A DNA stretch of 64,000 nt from Octopus vulgaris (GCA_951406725.2 OX597836.1:16802001-16866000); one strand, 5' to 3'; counted from the first letter of the stretch, positions 1 to 12,191 are shown. Translations and numbers: made by a program. The notes: generated from the letters alone by a model not told the origin.

Positions 1-437
1 CTAAGGAACACTGTTCTGCTCCGCCTCCTCCTCCTCCTCCAATTTCTGGGGGTAGAGCCCCCACTTCTTTCTCTCACTCTCACTCCTTGTTCCCCACACC
101 CCTTCAGTCCTCATGTTGCCGTAGTCATGACAACCAGACTCCCGTCACTGGATGTTGAATGTTCAGTTCTTCATGTTCTTGTATTCTTTGTTGAAAAGGA
201 GTGGAACAGATGCCTTGTGGGTGACAAGTTGTGCAATGTGGGCTAGGTTAGCTACTCACCCCATCCCCAGCCACCACCCCTCATATGTACCTATAGACAT
301 ATATACATATTTTTATTTTTCTTTGCTAGTTTCAGCTCAAGGGCTGCGGCCATGCTGGGGCACTGCCATTACTGCTGGGATATATAACCTTTTACTCGTT
401 TCAGACATTGAACTGTGGCCATGTTGGGTGTAATGCC

Positions 438-666
438 TTAACCCTTTAGTGTTCGCATTATTCTGCCAAAATTAATCCTTTTTTATCCACATTGCCTTGA
501 ACTAATCAGGCATTATCTTGGAGCTATGAGATTTTGATGAGGTAGCTGTTAATTTTTAAAACGATATTGTAGGGTTAGTGTGAGAGACCAGATCTGGCCA
601 GTTTGAACATAAAACAAGCAGAATACTTTTGGCTAGATATGGCCGGTTTAAATGCAAAAGGGCTAA
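438..666. mobile_element. piggyBac-type MITE (family P1) inserted into a minus-strand SINE A
   Basis: TTAA-CCCTTTAG...GCAAAAGGG-CTAA ends; SINE A sequence on both sides (~385-437 and ~680-990). Confidence 0.8.
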
Positions 667-1211
667 ATGTTCTGAAGGGTTTTAGTCAAATGAATCGATC
701 CCAGTTCTTATCTTTTAAGCCTGGTATTTATTCTATTAGTTTCTTTCGTTTAACTGCTGTGTCACAAGGATGTAAACAAACCAACACTGGTTGGCAAGTG
801 GTGGTTGGGGACAGACTCACACACACACCCACTCTCTCTCTCTTCCTCTCTTTCAGTTTCTGCCTATCAAATCCACTCAGAGGCTTTAGTAGAAGACACT
901 TTGCCCAATGTGCCATACAGTGAGACTGAACCCTAAACCATATGGTTGGGAAGCAAGTTTCTTATCACACAGTCACACCTGTGCCTGCACACACACATAT
1001 GATGATGATATATATACCCTGCAGTAGAATTTGGTAACTCTTTGGGTGGGGCTTTTGAATAAATCCTACTGCCTGCCCCACCCTTCTCTTGGTATCATTT
1101 TTCTACTGTTATTGTACTACTATCTTTATCATCATCTCAATCATCATCATCACCATTAGCAGTATAAGCAACATTTGTCATCTTTATCATTGTCATCAGC
1201 GGCAGCAGCAA

Positions 1212-1590
1212 GGAGGCGCAATGGCCCAATGGTTAGGGCAGCGGACTCGCGGTCGGAGGATCGCGGTTTCAATTCCCAGACTGGGCGTTGTGTGTGTTTA
1301 TTGAGCGAAAACACCCAAAGCTCCATGAGGCTCCGGCAGGGGGTGGTGGCGACCCCTGTTGTACTTTTTCGCTCCAACTTTCTCTCACTCTTTCTTCCTG
1401 TTTCTTGTCCCCGACTTCCTACGCAACCGCTGAACTTGGATGCGCATTCATCCATCCGTTGATGCTCTCGGTGTCGGGGGTTGACCTGCTTTCTCTTCTG
1501 CGGGTCTTACGAATAGCAAAGGATCACATTTCGGACTTCTCCCACTAGGGATGAAGACCGCTTCGCTCAACAAACCAACAAACAAACAAA
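1212..1590 (+). mobile_element. tRNA-derived SINE family D, full length
   Basis: tRNA-like head GGCGCAATGGCCCAATGGTTAGGGCAGCGGACTCGCGG with A/B boxes; (CAAA)n tail; related copy at 8867. Confidence 0.75.
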
Positions 1591-2245
1591 AGCAGTAGCA
1601 GCATTACCACCACCATCATCACTACCATCACTCATCACCACATATATCACCACCATCACCATCAGATTTTGTCATTACTCTAAACTGGTATTTGCAATAG
1701 AGTTAATCAAACTAGCCACTTTCACAGTGAATATCCTAATCCAATCCTACTAGTGGTGACGATGCATTTGTGCAGCTATACATGCATGTGTAATTAATCC
1801 TTTATGAACACAGCTTCTGGCAAACTCTAATGAATTCCATAAACACTTTCCTGTTCATCCGATGTGTGATAAGAAGTTTGCTTGCCACTGGGAAAGTGTC
1901 TTCTACTACAGTCCCAGGCTGATTGAAGCCCCGTGAATGGATTTGGTAGACTGAAACTGAAAGAAGCCTGTTTGTATGCGCATGTGCATCTGTGTGTGTG
2001 TGTGTGTGTGTGTGCGCGTTTCTGTTTGTCCCCCACCACTACTTCACAACCTGTGTTGATTTGTTGACATCTTCATAACTTAACACTTTGGCAAAGGGGA
2101 CCGATAAAATAAGTACCAGGCTTAACCCTCTAGTATTTAAACTGGCCATATCCAACCTGAATATTCTACATGTTTTATGTTCAAACAGGTCAGATCCAGA
2201 CTTTCACACTTATCCTACAATGTCATTTTAAAGATAAACAGTCAC

Positions 2246-2580
2246 ATCATCATCATCATCATCATCATTTAACGTCCGTTTTCCATGCTAGCATAGGTTG
2301 GACGGTTCAACCGGGGTCTGGTAAGCCATGGAGGCTGCACCAGGCACCAGTCTGATCTGGCAGTGTTTCTACAGCTGGATGCCCTTCCTAACGCCAACAA
2401 CTCTGAGAGTGTAGTGAGTGCTTTTTACGTGCCACCGGTACGGGTCAGAGCAGGCTGGCAAACGGCCACAATCGGTTGGTGCTTTTATGTGTCACCGACA
2501 CAGACGCCAGTCAGGCGGCGCTGGCATCTGCCACGTTCGGACAGTGCTTTTTATGTGTCACCGGCACAGGTGTCTTAATT
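2246..2580 (-). mobile_element. SINE family C (Ceph-domain/RTE-related, (GAT)n tail)
   Basis: Reverse complement of GTTGGCGTTAGGAAGGGCATCCAGCTGTAGAAAC and ...CATGGAAAACGGACGTTAAATGATGATG. Confidence 0.75.
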
Positions 2581-2707
2581 ACAATTTCCATTTGATTTTT
2601 ATTTTGATGTTGAAAAAAAAAAAATCATCAAAATTGCAAAGCTGTGAGATAATGCATGATTAATTCAAAACAATGTGAATATATAAGCATTACTTGACAG
2701 AGTATAT

Positions 2708-3102
2708 GCGCAGGAGTGGCTGTGTGGTAAGTAACTTGCTAACCAACCACATGGTTGCGGGTTCAGTCCCACTGCGTGGCATCTTGGGCAAGTGTCTTCT
2801 GCTATAGCCTCGGGCCGACCAATGCCTTGTGAGTGGATTTGGTAGACGGAAACTGAAAGAAGCCTGTCGTATATATATATATATGTGTATATGTGTGTGT
2901 TTGTGTGTCTGTGTTTGTCCCCCTAGCATTGCTTGACAACTGATGCTGGTGTGTCCCCGTCACTTAGCGGTTCGGCAAAAGAGACCGATAGAATAAGTAC
3001 TGGGCTTACAAAGAATAAGTCCCGGGGTCGATTTGCTCGACTAAAGGCGGTGCTCCAGCATGGCCGCAGTCAAATGACTGAAACAAGTAAAAGAGTAAAG
3101 AG
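2708..3102 (+). mobile_element. tRNA-headed SINE family A, full length
   Basis: A box TGGCTGTGTGG, B box GGTTCAGTCCC, CORE-like CTTGGGCAAGT, internal (TA)/(TG) tract, (GTAAAAGA) tail; AGAGTA flanks both ends. Confidence 0.85.
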
Positions 3103-3294
3103 AGAGTAACCTAAATGCCAAAGGGTTAGGGAAAAAAAAGGTAGGGCCTGGGGTAGATTTGTTCAATTAAAAGCCTTTTAAGGCAGTGCCCCAGCATGGC
3201 CACAGACAACTAAGTGTAACAAATGAAAGATGAAAGAGAAAAGCTTATACTACATGGAATTTTTTTGTTCTCTTAGAAAATTCCATTCGCTCAC

Positions 3295-3510
3295 CTTGTT
3301 TCAATTAAGCATCTGAGCGTCTTCATAATTTTCATTGTCAGACTCACATCTGTTCTGTAGAATTTGAAATACACACCTTATGCTGCCATTCAGCACAGCA
3401 CTGACTTGCAGTCTTGCAGTTGTTCTGTTTTTTTTTTATATTTTGTATTTTTAGTTTTTTATATTATTTTTTTGCTGCTTCTACTGCTGCTGGTGAGGAT
3501 GCTGTTGTTT
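3295..3510 (-). other. candidate spliced exon, probably 5'UTR or first coding exon of an unidentified gene
   Basis: Single-copy block with minus-strand acceptor TTTTCTCTCATAG and donor AAG|GTGAGC; ends in MKIMKTLRCLIET; no recognisable homology. Confidence 0.25.
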
Positions 3511-3561
3511 CTATGAGAGAAAATTTGGGACTCGTGCCAAATGTTTAAGATGTAAACTTAC

Positions 3562-3585
3562 ATATATATATATATATATATATAT

Positions 3586-3623
<38 letters not shown>

Positions 3624-3697
3624 TGTGCACATACACATATATATATATACATACATATCAGAGAATGTGTATGTGTGTGTATATGTGTATATGTTTG

Positions 3698-3729
<32 letters not shown>

Positions 3730-3781
3730 CACATTCTCTGATATGTATATTTATATGTATATTTATATATATACACACACA
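3562..3781. repeat. compound (TA)n/(TG)n/(CA)n microsatellite with internal inverted repeat
   Basis: Direct reading; ACATATCAGAGAATGTGT and ACACATTCTCTGATATGT are complementary. Confidence 0.85.
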
Positions 3782-4243
3782 CTAAATTACTCACCCTGGC
3801 CTTGCTGGCAGGCACTGAATTCAGTTTCTGTGCAGGCTTACTGGCAATTCTGATCCCGGATGTAACCCACCCACCTTCCAGCTTACCTATTATCACCACC
3901 CAGGGTAGCTCACTTAACTCGTTTGAGATGTAGGTAGTCATATACTCCATTCATCCACCGTTGATGGTAATGTGTGTGGGGGTGGTGGTGATGTTGGTGG
4001 AGAACGGATGCAGTGAATGGAAGCATGGTTTGTTCATGATGTAACGCTTCCACTACCACCACCATCACCGTCACCACTACTAATCTACCTGTGCTTTCTC
4101 TGGGGGTGGTTCTATGTCTCTGGAGAATAAAGAATGGAATCTACCCCATTCCTGTTTCCATTTCAATTCCCCAGGTTGAAGCTTGTTTGTGCCTTGGTTA
4201 CTTAATGCTTTGCAGGGTGGGGTGGGGTCTCGATAGTCTACAT

Positions 4244-4462
4244 CAGTGGTTTTCAACCAGGGTTCCGCGGAACCTTAGGGTTCCGCCAGTACAGTCCAGG
4301 CGTTCCGCAAGAAGTTACAAAACTGCTAAAATCGGCAGTCATTTTTAATTCTCCTGTGCAGATATGTGTGCATAGGACAATTAAATTATTGCACAGGGGT
4401 TCCTCGAGCCAGTGGAATGTTTTCTTGGGGTTCCGCTCCAGCAAAAAGTTTGAAAAGCACTG
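4244..4462. mobile_element. hAT-type MITE with perfect 8-bp TSD
   Basis: TIRs CAGTGGTTTTCAA / TTGAAAAGCACTG; TSD GTCTACAT at 4236-4243 and 4463-4470. Confidence 0.9.
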
Positions 4463-4900
4463 GTCTACATCCATACTGTGCAACTTCTACCCCTCCCCCC
4501 ACCTCCACCATCTCCACATCCCCTCATGCCCTTGACCTCACCTCTCCCACAACCTCCCTATCCCTGCTCCTCATACTTTCTCTATCCCTATTTCAACCCC
4601 ACTCTATCCTTTCCCTGCCCAACACCCTCCATACCCTACTCTCCTATACCCCCCACACACAATCTTCAGATGTTAGACCTTTCATATCACGCCCCCTCCC
4701 CTATGGAAGTAACAATTATTGCTCTCATTCTTCTGGGATGTGGTAAACCCTTTCCTCCTGTGCAGCCAAGACTGACCTACTTGTTTCTAACACTAAATCT
4801 AGGTCACCGTGTTGCTGTTCTCTGTCCCCCCCCCCGGCCTCCAATTTCCTTCTGGCAGTTGAGCATGATCGAATCTTTACAGTCTTTACTCTCAGGGTTC

Positions 4901-5170
4901 TTAACCTTTTAGTGTTTAAACTAGCCAAATCCAGCCCAAATACTCTACATGTTTTACATTCAAACTGGCCATATCTGGCCACTCACACCTAACCTCCACT
5001 GACATTCTGAAAATGAACAATTGCATCATTGAAACCTCAAAGCTATAAGATAATCCATGATTAATTCAAAAAACTTTGAAAAAACATTACTTTTAACAGA
5101 GTAATCTGAATTTCTATGTTGTCCCCTTGAGGGAAATAAAAAAAAATCAATCTGAATGCTAAAGGGTTAA
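4901..5170. mobile_element. piggyBac-type MITE P1
   Basis: TTAACCTTTTAG...GCTAAAGGGTTAA; body matches 438-666 in reverse. Confidence 0.8.
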
Positions 5171-5191
5171 GCAGCAATTTAACCTCTAGAA

Positions 5192-5452
5192 CAGTGGTCC
5201 ACCTTAACCAGAATCCACATGATATGGTTCTTGGGGGTCCATATAAGATTTTGTAGCCAAAATTTATCTGTAATAAATTGCTTATAATTCTACAATACTC
5301 AAAATATTTTAAATTTTGTTTTCATATAATTCCTCTAATATTATAAAAAATGTAATGGGATATTTTAAAATGCCAAATGGGTATGAGGCCCCACCTGAAT
5401 AAGATAGGAATTAAAATGGGGTCCACAGGCAAAAAATGGTTGAGAATCACTG
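5192..5452. mobile_element. hAT-type MITE (second family) with 8-bp TSD
   Basis: CAGTGGT...AATCACTG ends; TSD CTCTAGAA at 5184-5191 and 5453-5460; partial copies ~9020-9135, ~15305-15410, ~35050-35160. Confidence 0.85.
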
Positions 5453-5464
5453 CTCTAGAATAAT

Positions 5465-5670
5465 GGTTTCAAATTTTTGCCACAACAGCAGCAATTTTGG
5501 GAAGAGGATGAGTCGATTTCATTGACCTCAGTGTTCAACTGGTACTTATTTTATCGACCCCGAAAGGATAAAAGGAAAAGTTGATCTCAGTGGAATTTGA
5601 ACCCAGAGCATAAAGACGGAAGAAATGCCTCTCAGCATTTTGCCTGGCACGCTAACGATTCTGCCAGCTT
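5465..5670 (-). mobile_element. SINE family B (Deu/Nin-domain-like), alternative-tail subfamily
   Basis: Reverse complement of CTTTTCCTTTTATCCTTTCGGGGTCGATAAAATAAGTACCAG. Confidence 0.7.
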
Positions 5671-6869
5671 TCCACTTTACTGTCGCACCAAGACTGATTT
5701 GATACACACACTCACACACACACGATGGGCTTCCATGTAGTTTCTGTCCATCAAATTCACTTACAAGGCATTGGGTCAGTACAGGGGCATTAATAGAAGA
5801 CACTTGCTTGAAGCGCTACGCTGTGGGACCGAACCTGGAACTCAGTGGTTGGGAAGCGTCATTTTCTTGAACTAAAAAAATCATCTATTGTTGACATTTG
5901 CAATCAATAACCATCAACAGCTGTTGTTGTGGCTGACCTTAGGTCAGTCCTGATTCAGCAAGAAAGAATTCTTATCATAAGTCATGACTAATCAAGTCTT
6001 TTTATATACTACAAACACAAGACTTCATTTATCAAGTGCAACCCCACTCCTCCTTTTCGTTTGTTTACGACAGTAGGCTGGAGTTTGAGAGTGTTTGACT
6101 GCTATTTCTAGCATTGTAAGACAGTCATAAACCTATTGGCAATTGTTATTAATGCTTACAATTTCTCAGGTGAGCCAGAACCTCTCTCTCTCTCTCTCTT
6201 TCCCCCTTTTCTTTCTCTGTCTTTGCCCTCTCTCTCTCTTCCCCCACTTCCTTCTCTCCCTCTTTCTACTAATGAATTGCAAATATACTAGAACATTGAA
6301 CGGTCCCTTTGCTATCATTGTATTCAGTCAAGTAAATCACACACACACACACACACGCACACACAAGCAAACAAACAAACTTATATTATATATAGAACGG
6401 CATGAGAATTGAACCAGGTGTTCTCTAGATATTTATAACTCATGACATGTATACCACGTGTTGTGTTTCTTCACTGTACTAGACAACCGACTGATTCAAC
6501 CATATCTCAACGGTGCCCCATGAACTGACCTCCGTTGACCGACCAACCAGCCAATCAAACACCAGAGATTTAAATTATCTTTCCATCAGCTGTTTTTTTT
6601 CTTCTTATGTTTCTGCATGAAAGCATGTTAGTTATGTTGTTATTGTGCCATCTCAGCCATAATTGAGCAGAACTATGTCACGTACATAGCCGGTTGAGCA
6701 ACAAGCTTCGGTGCTGAAGATCTTTCGTTCTCTTGCTTAATTGAGTACGACTCATTGCACCCCGATTCACCCCATTTGTATTTGTCACGTGAAGAACATA
6801 GCAGCTCCAGCTTGTTTTTTTTCGGCATCGAATAAGTCTTGATGTAACAGATTTATGCCCAACGATTTA

Positions 6870-7360
6870 TGCACCATCCAAGCGTGATCGTTGCCAGAGT
6901 AGCCAACTGGCTTTTGTACCCGTGGCACGTAAAAGGGCACCATTCAGACGTGATCGTTACCAACGTCGCTTCACTGGCACGTGTAAAAAGATTCGAGCGA
7001 GTTCGTTGCCAGTACTGCCTGACTGGCCCCCGTGCCGGTGGCACATAAAAAACACCATTCAAGTGTAATCGTTACCAGCGTCGCCTTACTAACACCTGTG
7101 CTGGTGGCACGTGTAAAAAGATTTGAGCGAGGTCATTGCCAGTACTGACTGACTGGCCCCTGTGCAGGTGGCACGTAAAAAGTACCCACTACACTCTCGG
7201 AGTGGTTGGCTTTAGGAAGGGCATCCAGCTGTAGAAACTCTGCCAGATCAAGACTGGAGCCTGGTGCAGCCATCTAGTTTGCCAGCCCTCAGTCAGAATT
7301 GTCCAACCCATGCTAGCATGGAAAAGCAGGCGTTAAACGATGATGATGATGATGATGATG
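6870..7360 (+). mobile_element. SINE family C with internal array of ~50-bp related units
   Basis: Repeated GTGGCACGTAAAAA units, then GGTTGGCTTTAGGAAGGGCATCCAGC and (GAT)n tail. Confidence 0.75.
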
Positions 7361-7591
7361 TTCCAGTTATGACCTTCCCAAATGGGATTGAACTATAGTG
7401 CAAGAGTGGCACATATGCTACAGTAAGGCATTTGGTTCAGTACTCCACTTATTTTACCACTCCACAAAATGATGGAACCTCTATGCTGTCACTCAGTCTA
7501 CAAGAAAGAATAGCCAAACCTCCCTCAAACCACACACAACCATCCTACCGTCTTTAAAAAAAACTGCACCACCATTGCTATGACAATGACC

Positions 7592-7822
7592 CATTTCTTT
7601 ACTACCCACAAGGGGCTAAACAGAGAGAGGTCAAACAAGGACAGACAAACGAATTAAGTCGATTATATCGACCCCAGTGCGTAACTGGTACTTAATTTAT
7701 CGACCCCGAAAGGATGAAAGGCAAAGTCAACCTCAGTGGAATTTGAACCCAGAGTGTAACGGCAGATGAAATGCTGCTAAGCATTTCACCCGGCGTGCTA
7801 ACGATTCTGTCAGCTCGCCGCC
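7592..7822 (-). mobile_element. SINE family B, full-length monomer
   Basis: Head GGCGGCGAGCTGACAGAATCG; Deu-like core; tail AGCCCCTTGTGGGTAGTAAAGAAAT. Confidence 0.8.
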
Positions 7823-7849
7823 TTATGACAATGACCATCACCCTCACCC

Positions 7850-7896
<47 letters not shown>

Positions 7897-8866
7897 TAAT
7901 GTCTCCATGCTAGCATAGTTTGGATGGTTTGATACAAACTGTTGAGCCAGAAGATTGCTCTAAGCTCTGCTTTGGCAACCTTTCTATAGCTGGAAGCCCT
8001 TCGTGATACCAGCCACTTCACAGAGTGTTCTAGGTGTAGTTTTTTCTTTGTGGCACCAAGTTATCGATGAGACAAGACCCTTCAGCTGAATAGGGTATAG
8101 TATTGAGAGATATGAAAGTATGATAGAGGGGAAGGAGTGAGTGTCTTGCTGAAGAGTTGAATACATGATTATTCTAAAAACCTGGACACAGCTCCTACTA
8201 CAAAAACCTGCTCTGTCCTACCCATTTCTCTCATACTTGAAACCTCATTTCCTTGTATAAAACCACCCTCTCCGTCTTAGCGTAAAGCCACCCCTCCCTC
8301 AAGCTTCATATCTGGCAAGCTGCAAGGTGACCTCACTGGTGTTAGGTCCATGAAAAAAAATCTGGTAGATGATGCTAAGGGGTTGGCTTTAGGAAGGGTA
8401 TTTAGCCCTAAAAATCATGTCAAAGCAGACACTGGAGCACAATACAGTCCTTCAACCCTTGCTTGAACCCAGCATGGAAAATGGACTTTAAATGATGATG
8501 AACAGTCTAGAACATTATCTTATTATGATCCTAAGAACATACACACTCATGCACACTCAGTTCTACCCTTAAATGTTCATTCCAACATCTGAACATGGAT
8601 GAACAAACCTTATTACATGATTGTTTGAAGAACTCTCAGGCCCTGGCAAAGATTTAATTATTCTACAGCTTCAGAAAGTTTCATACCAACTTCAGCAGAA
8701 CTATCAGCTTTGACTGACAAACTTTGAGCAATAAATTTGTGAGATCTTAAATCCTGACAACATTTTAATAACTATTTATGCTCTACCGCAAATATTTTGT
8801 GCCCACTTCAATATTTATAGCCCTACAATAAAAAATATTGTTTGTATATATATATATGAATATGTG

Positions 8867-9020
8867 GCGGCACATAGCCTAGTGCTTAGAGCAGCAGACA
8901 CATGGTTGAAGGATCGTGGGTTCGAATCTTAGGCCGGGCGATGTGTGTGTTTATGAGCGAAACACCTAAGCTCCATGCGGCTCCGGCAGAAGGTAATGGC
9001 GAATTTCTGCTGACTCTTTA
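8867..9020 (+). mobile_element. SINE family D-related 5' half
   Basis: tRNA-like head; GAGCGAAACACCTAAGCTCCATGCGGCTCCGGCAG closely matches the 1212 copy. Confidence 0.7.
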
Positions 9021-9333
9021 ATTATAAGAATACAGTAGGATTTTTTCTAATGCACATCAAATGGCTGTGGAGATCCAGTAGAGTAAAATAGGAATCTAAG
9101 AGTTCCATAGGCAAAAAATGGATTAGAACCATTGTATTCAAATGGTTGACACTAGAAAGGGCATCGGGCTATAGAAATTTTGCCAAAGCATTGGTGCTCA
9201 GCATAATTCTCTGGCTTGGATCCCATTGAACCATCATGCTCATGCGAGCATGGAAGATGGACATTATATGATAATGAAATGATGTGCCTTGCTCAAGGAC
9301 ACAACAGGAAATTTCAGAGTTGTCATCCTTTTC

Positions 9334-9381
9334 TTTGTACTGATGAAATCCAACTAGACTGAAATAGCAGCTATATACAAA
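9334..9381 (+). ncRNA. minimal type I hammerhead ribozyme motif (Penelope-like element remnant)
   Basis: Stem I TTTGTA/TACAAA; core CTGATGA; stem II AATC/GACT (one mismatch); GAAA; stem III ATAGC/GCTAT; UA cleavage site. Confidence 0.65.
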
Positions 9382-10119
9382 TGTTAAGTTCTCATATGAT
9401 TAAAAAAAATATGTAAATATATATATCCTTAAATCCTTAAAAATGTTTCAGCCCGAAGGCCACGGCCATGCTGGGGCACCACCACTGTCCAACCCATGCT
9501 AGCATGGAAAGCAGACGCTAAACGATGATGATATACATATATGTATGTATGTATGTGTGTGTGTATATATATATATATACTTTATTCCTTTTATTTCACT
9601 AATGAAAAATATAAAATGACCTAAAATATGGATTTTCTGGCAAATACAGTGTCTCATATACCATAGAGATGAACAACAAATCAACTGAGTGATTAAATAT
9701 ATTTTATGTTCTAAGTGTATATAAGTGCTTTTTCAATTCATGTTTGATTGTTTTTATGCATAATTGTACACACAATATATCACGGTCCTCTGTGTCAACT
9801 TTCTGTATTGGCTCTGTGCATGTGTGTTATTAGATATTTTTGGTATGCCAAGTAGTCCATAATTTTATGGCTTGAAGTAAGCTTTCAACGTTCAATGAAT
9901 AGACAACAGTGTTAGAATTTAGAAGTGGTGACCTACATCTAGCTTGAAAATTATAGTGGTGTGTGTGTGTGTGTCGGTATATATTATGTTAGTGTGTGTG
10001 TGTGTGTGCATCTATATATAATAATGCTCAATTGTGAAGTTGTTTAGTAACTTCAGAGTTATCTTATTTAAATTTTGTTTTCCCAAGTTGGTATTTTATA
10101 GAATTTTTAAAAGTGTTAT

Positions 10120-10530
10120 CTTTCATTCGTGTCTGTCATTGGACTGTGGCCATGCTGGAGCACTGCCTTTAGTTGACCGAATCAACCCAAGGACTCATCC
10201 TTTGTAAGCCTAGTACTTATTTTATCTGTTCTCTTTTGCCGAACCGCTAAGTTACGGGAACGCAAACACACCAACATAAGTTGTCAAGTGATGATGGGGG
10301 ACACACACAGATACACAAACATATACATATATATGTGTGTGTGTGTATGTATATATATATATATATATACACACGACAGGCTTCTTTCAGTTTCCATCTA
10401 CCAAATCCACTCAAAAGGCTTTGGTCAGCCCAAGGCTATAGTAGAAGACACTTGCCTAAGGCGCCATGCAGTGGGACTGAATCTGGAACCATGTGGTTGG
10501 GAAGCAAGCTTCTTACCGCACAATCATACC
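10120..10530 (-). mobile_element. SINE family A
   Basis: Reverse complement of family A consensus. Confidence 0.8.
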
Positions 10531-10549
10531 TATATATATATATATATAT

Positions 10550-11002
10550 ATGGCAGGTTTATTTGAGTTTCCATTTACTAAAGCCTTGTGAGTCGATTTG
10601 GTAGATGGAAACTGAAAGATGCCCGTCGTATATATGTATATATATGTGTGTGATATATGGCAGGCTTCTTTGAGTTTCCATTTACTAAAGCCTTGTGAGT
10701 CGATTTGGTTGATGGAAACTGAAAGAAGCCCGTCGTATATATGTATATATATGTGTGTGTGTCTATATATGTTTGTGTGTCTGTGTTTGTCCCTCCCAAC
10801 ATCGCTTGACAACCGGTGCTGGTGTGTTTACGTCTGTGTAACTTAGCGGTTCGGCAAAAGAGACCGATATAGAATAAGTGCTAGGCTTACAAAGAATAAG
10901 TCCGGAGGGGGGGGGGGGGGCGATTTTTCTTGACTAAAGGCGGTGCTCCAGCATGGCCGCAGTTAAAATGACCGAAACTAGTAGAAAAGAGTAAAAAAGA
11001 GT
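10550..11002 (+). mobile_element. rearranged SINE A with duplicated fold-back 5' segment
   Basis: Two ~107-bp self-complementary units at 10550-10737, then a normal 3' half. Confidence 0.75.
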
Positions 11003-11094
11003 ATTTTGAAAATTTACTGAAATTAAAGTCAGTGAATTTCAACAGAAATTTGGTTACCAAAAGGTTAAATATACTCTACAAGTCTTACATCATG

Positions 11095-11161
<67 letters not shown>

Positions 11162-11547
11162 AAGGAGGTGGGGGAGGGGGGGGAGAACGTGTTCAGCTGA
11201 CATGGATGCCAACGTAAATAGCAAAGCTGGTTTTTGCCTCTAACGCTGTAATCATAACAATACCGAGTCGACTGATGCTGCACTAAATTGCACTTGTTTT
11301 TGTTGTTGTGGAACCAGCGTCTGCTGCATTCGGTGGAAAAACAAGACGAGTGATCAATATTTGTCCCACTTCTCTCTCCCTCTCTCGCCTCTTCCTCCTC
11401 ATCTTCACGTTCCACCTCATCGTCTCTTCCTCACCTCAGCTGTTCTTACACTATCGCTGTTCCACCATTGCTGCTGCTGCTGCTGCTGATGCTACCGTTG
11501 CAGTTTGGTTTTGTTGTTGTTGTTGTTCTTCTTACTCAGCAGTTTTA

Positions 11548-11767
11548 TACTCTTTTTACTCTCTTTTAGTTGTTTCAGTCGTTTTGACTGTGGCCATGCT
11601 GGAGCACCACCTTTTTAATCGAGCAAATCGACCCCGGGACTTATTCTTTTTTGTAAGCCCAGTACTTATTCTATCGGTCTCTTTTGCCGAACCGCTAAGT
11701 AACGGGGACATAAACACACCAGCATCGGTTGTCAAGCAATGCTAGGGGGACAAACACAGACACACAA

Positions 11768-11822
<55 letters not shown>

Positions 11823-11987
11823 TACGGCGGGCTTCTTTCAGTTTCCGTCTACCAAATCCACTCACAAGGCTTTGGTCGGGCCGAGGCTATAGTAGAAGAC
11901 ACTTGCCCAAGGTGCCACACAGTGGGACTGAACCTGCAACCATGTGGTTGGTAAACAAGCTACTTACCACACAGCCACTCCTGCGCC
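11548..11987 (-). mobile_element. SINE family A, full length
   Basis: Ends CCACTCCTGCGCC (reverse of head); near-consensus. Confidence 0.85.
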
Positions 11988-12191
11988 TATCTGTTGCACC
12001 TTTGTTTTTTCTCTCTCTTCTCTTCTTCCTCGTCTGCAGCCTCAACTGCTGTCGCATCTCCAGCCGAACATCTCCGATCACCACGAAACAACGGAAGATG
12101 TCATCTCTCTCTCTCTCACTTTTGTTTTGACTCGCCCCTGTTCCATTGCACATCAGGTGCAGTTCGGTGTCGGGCTGTTAGCTGTCTGCAC

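Larger units (their letters stand above)
2122..3129. mobile_element. piggyBac-type MITE P1 carrying nested SINE C and SINE A, itself inside an older SINE A
   Basis: TTAACCCTCTAG start and GCCAAAGGGTTAG end; MITE body resumes after each nested SINE; older SINE A at ~1860-2121 and ~3130-3235. Confidence 0.75.

Noticed and set aside
1212-1285. tRNA gene (Arg-like), and other tRNA-like heads
   Set aside because: No complete acceptor stem; continues into a SINE body and tail
6870-7200. CRISPR-like look of repeated hairpin motifs with intervening sequence
   Set aside because: The 'spacers' are homologous to each other, repeats vary, the array is inside a SINE, there are no cas genes and the context is eukaryotic
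11729-11954. Recurrent ORFs MSSNARGTNT.../...LLSVSVYQIHSQGFGRPEAIVEDTCPRCHAVGLNPEPCGW
   Set aside because: Antisense read-through of SINE A; the apparent protein family is repeat copy number
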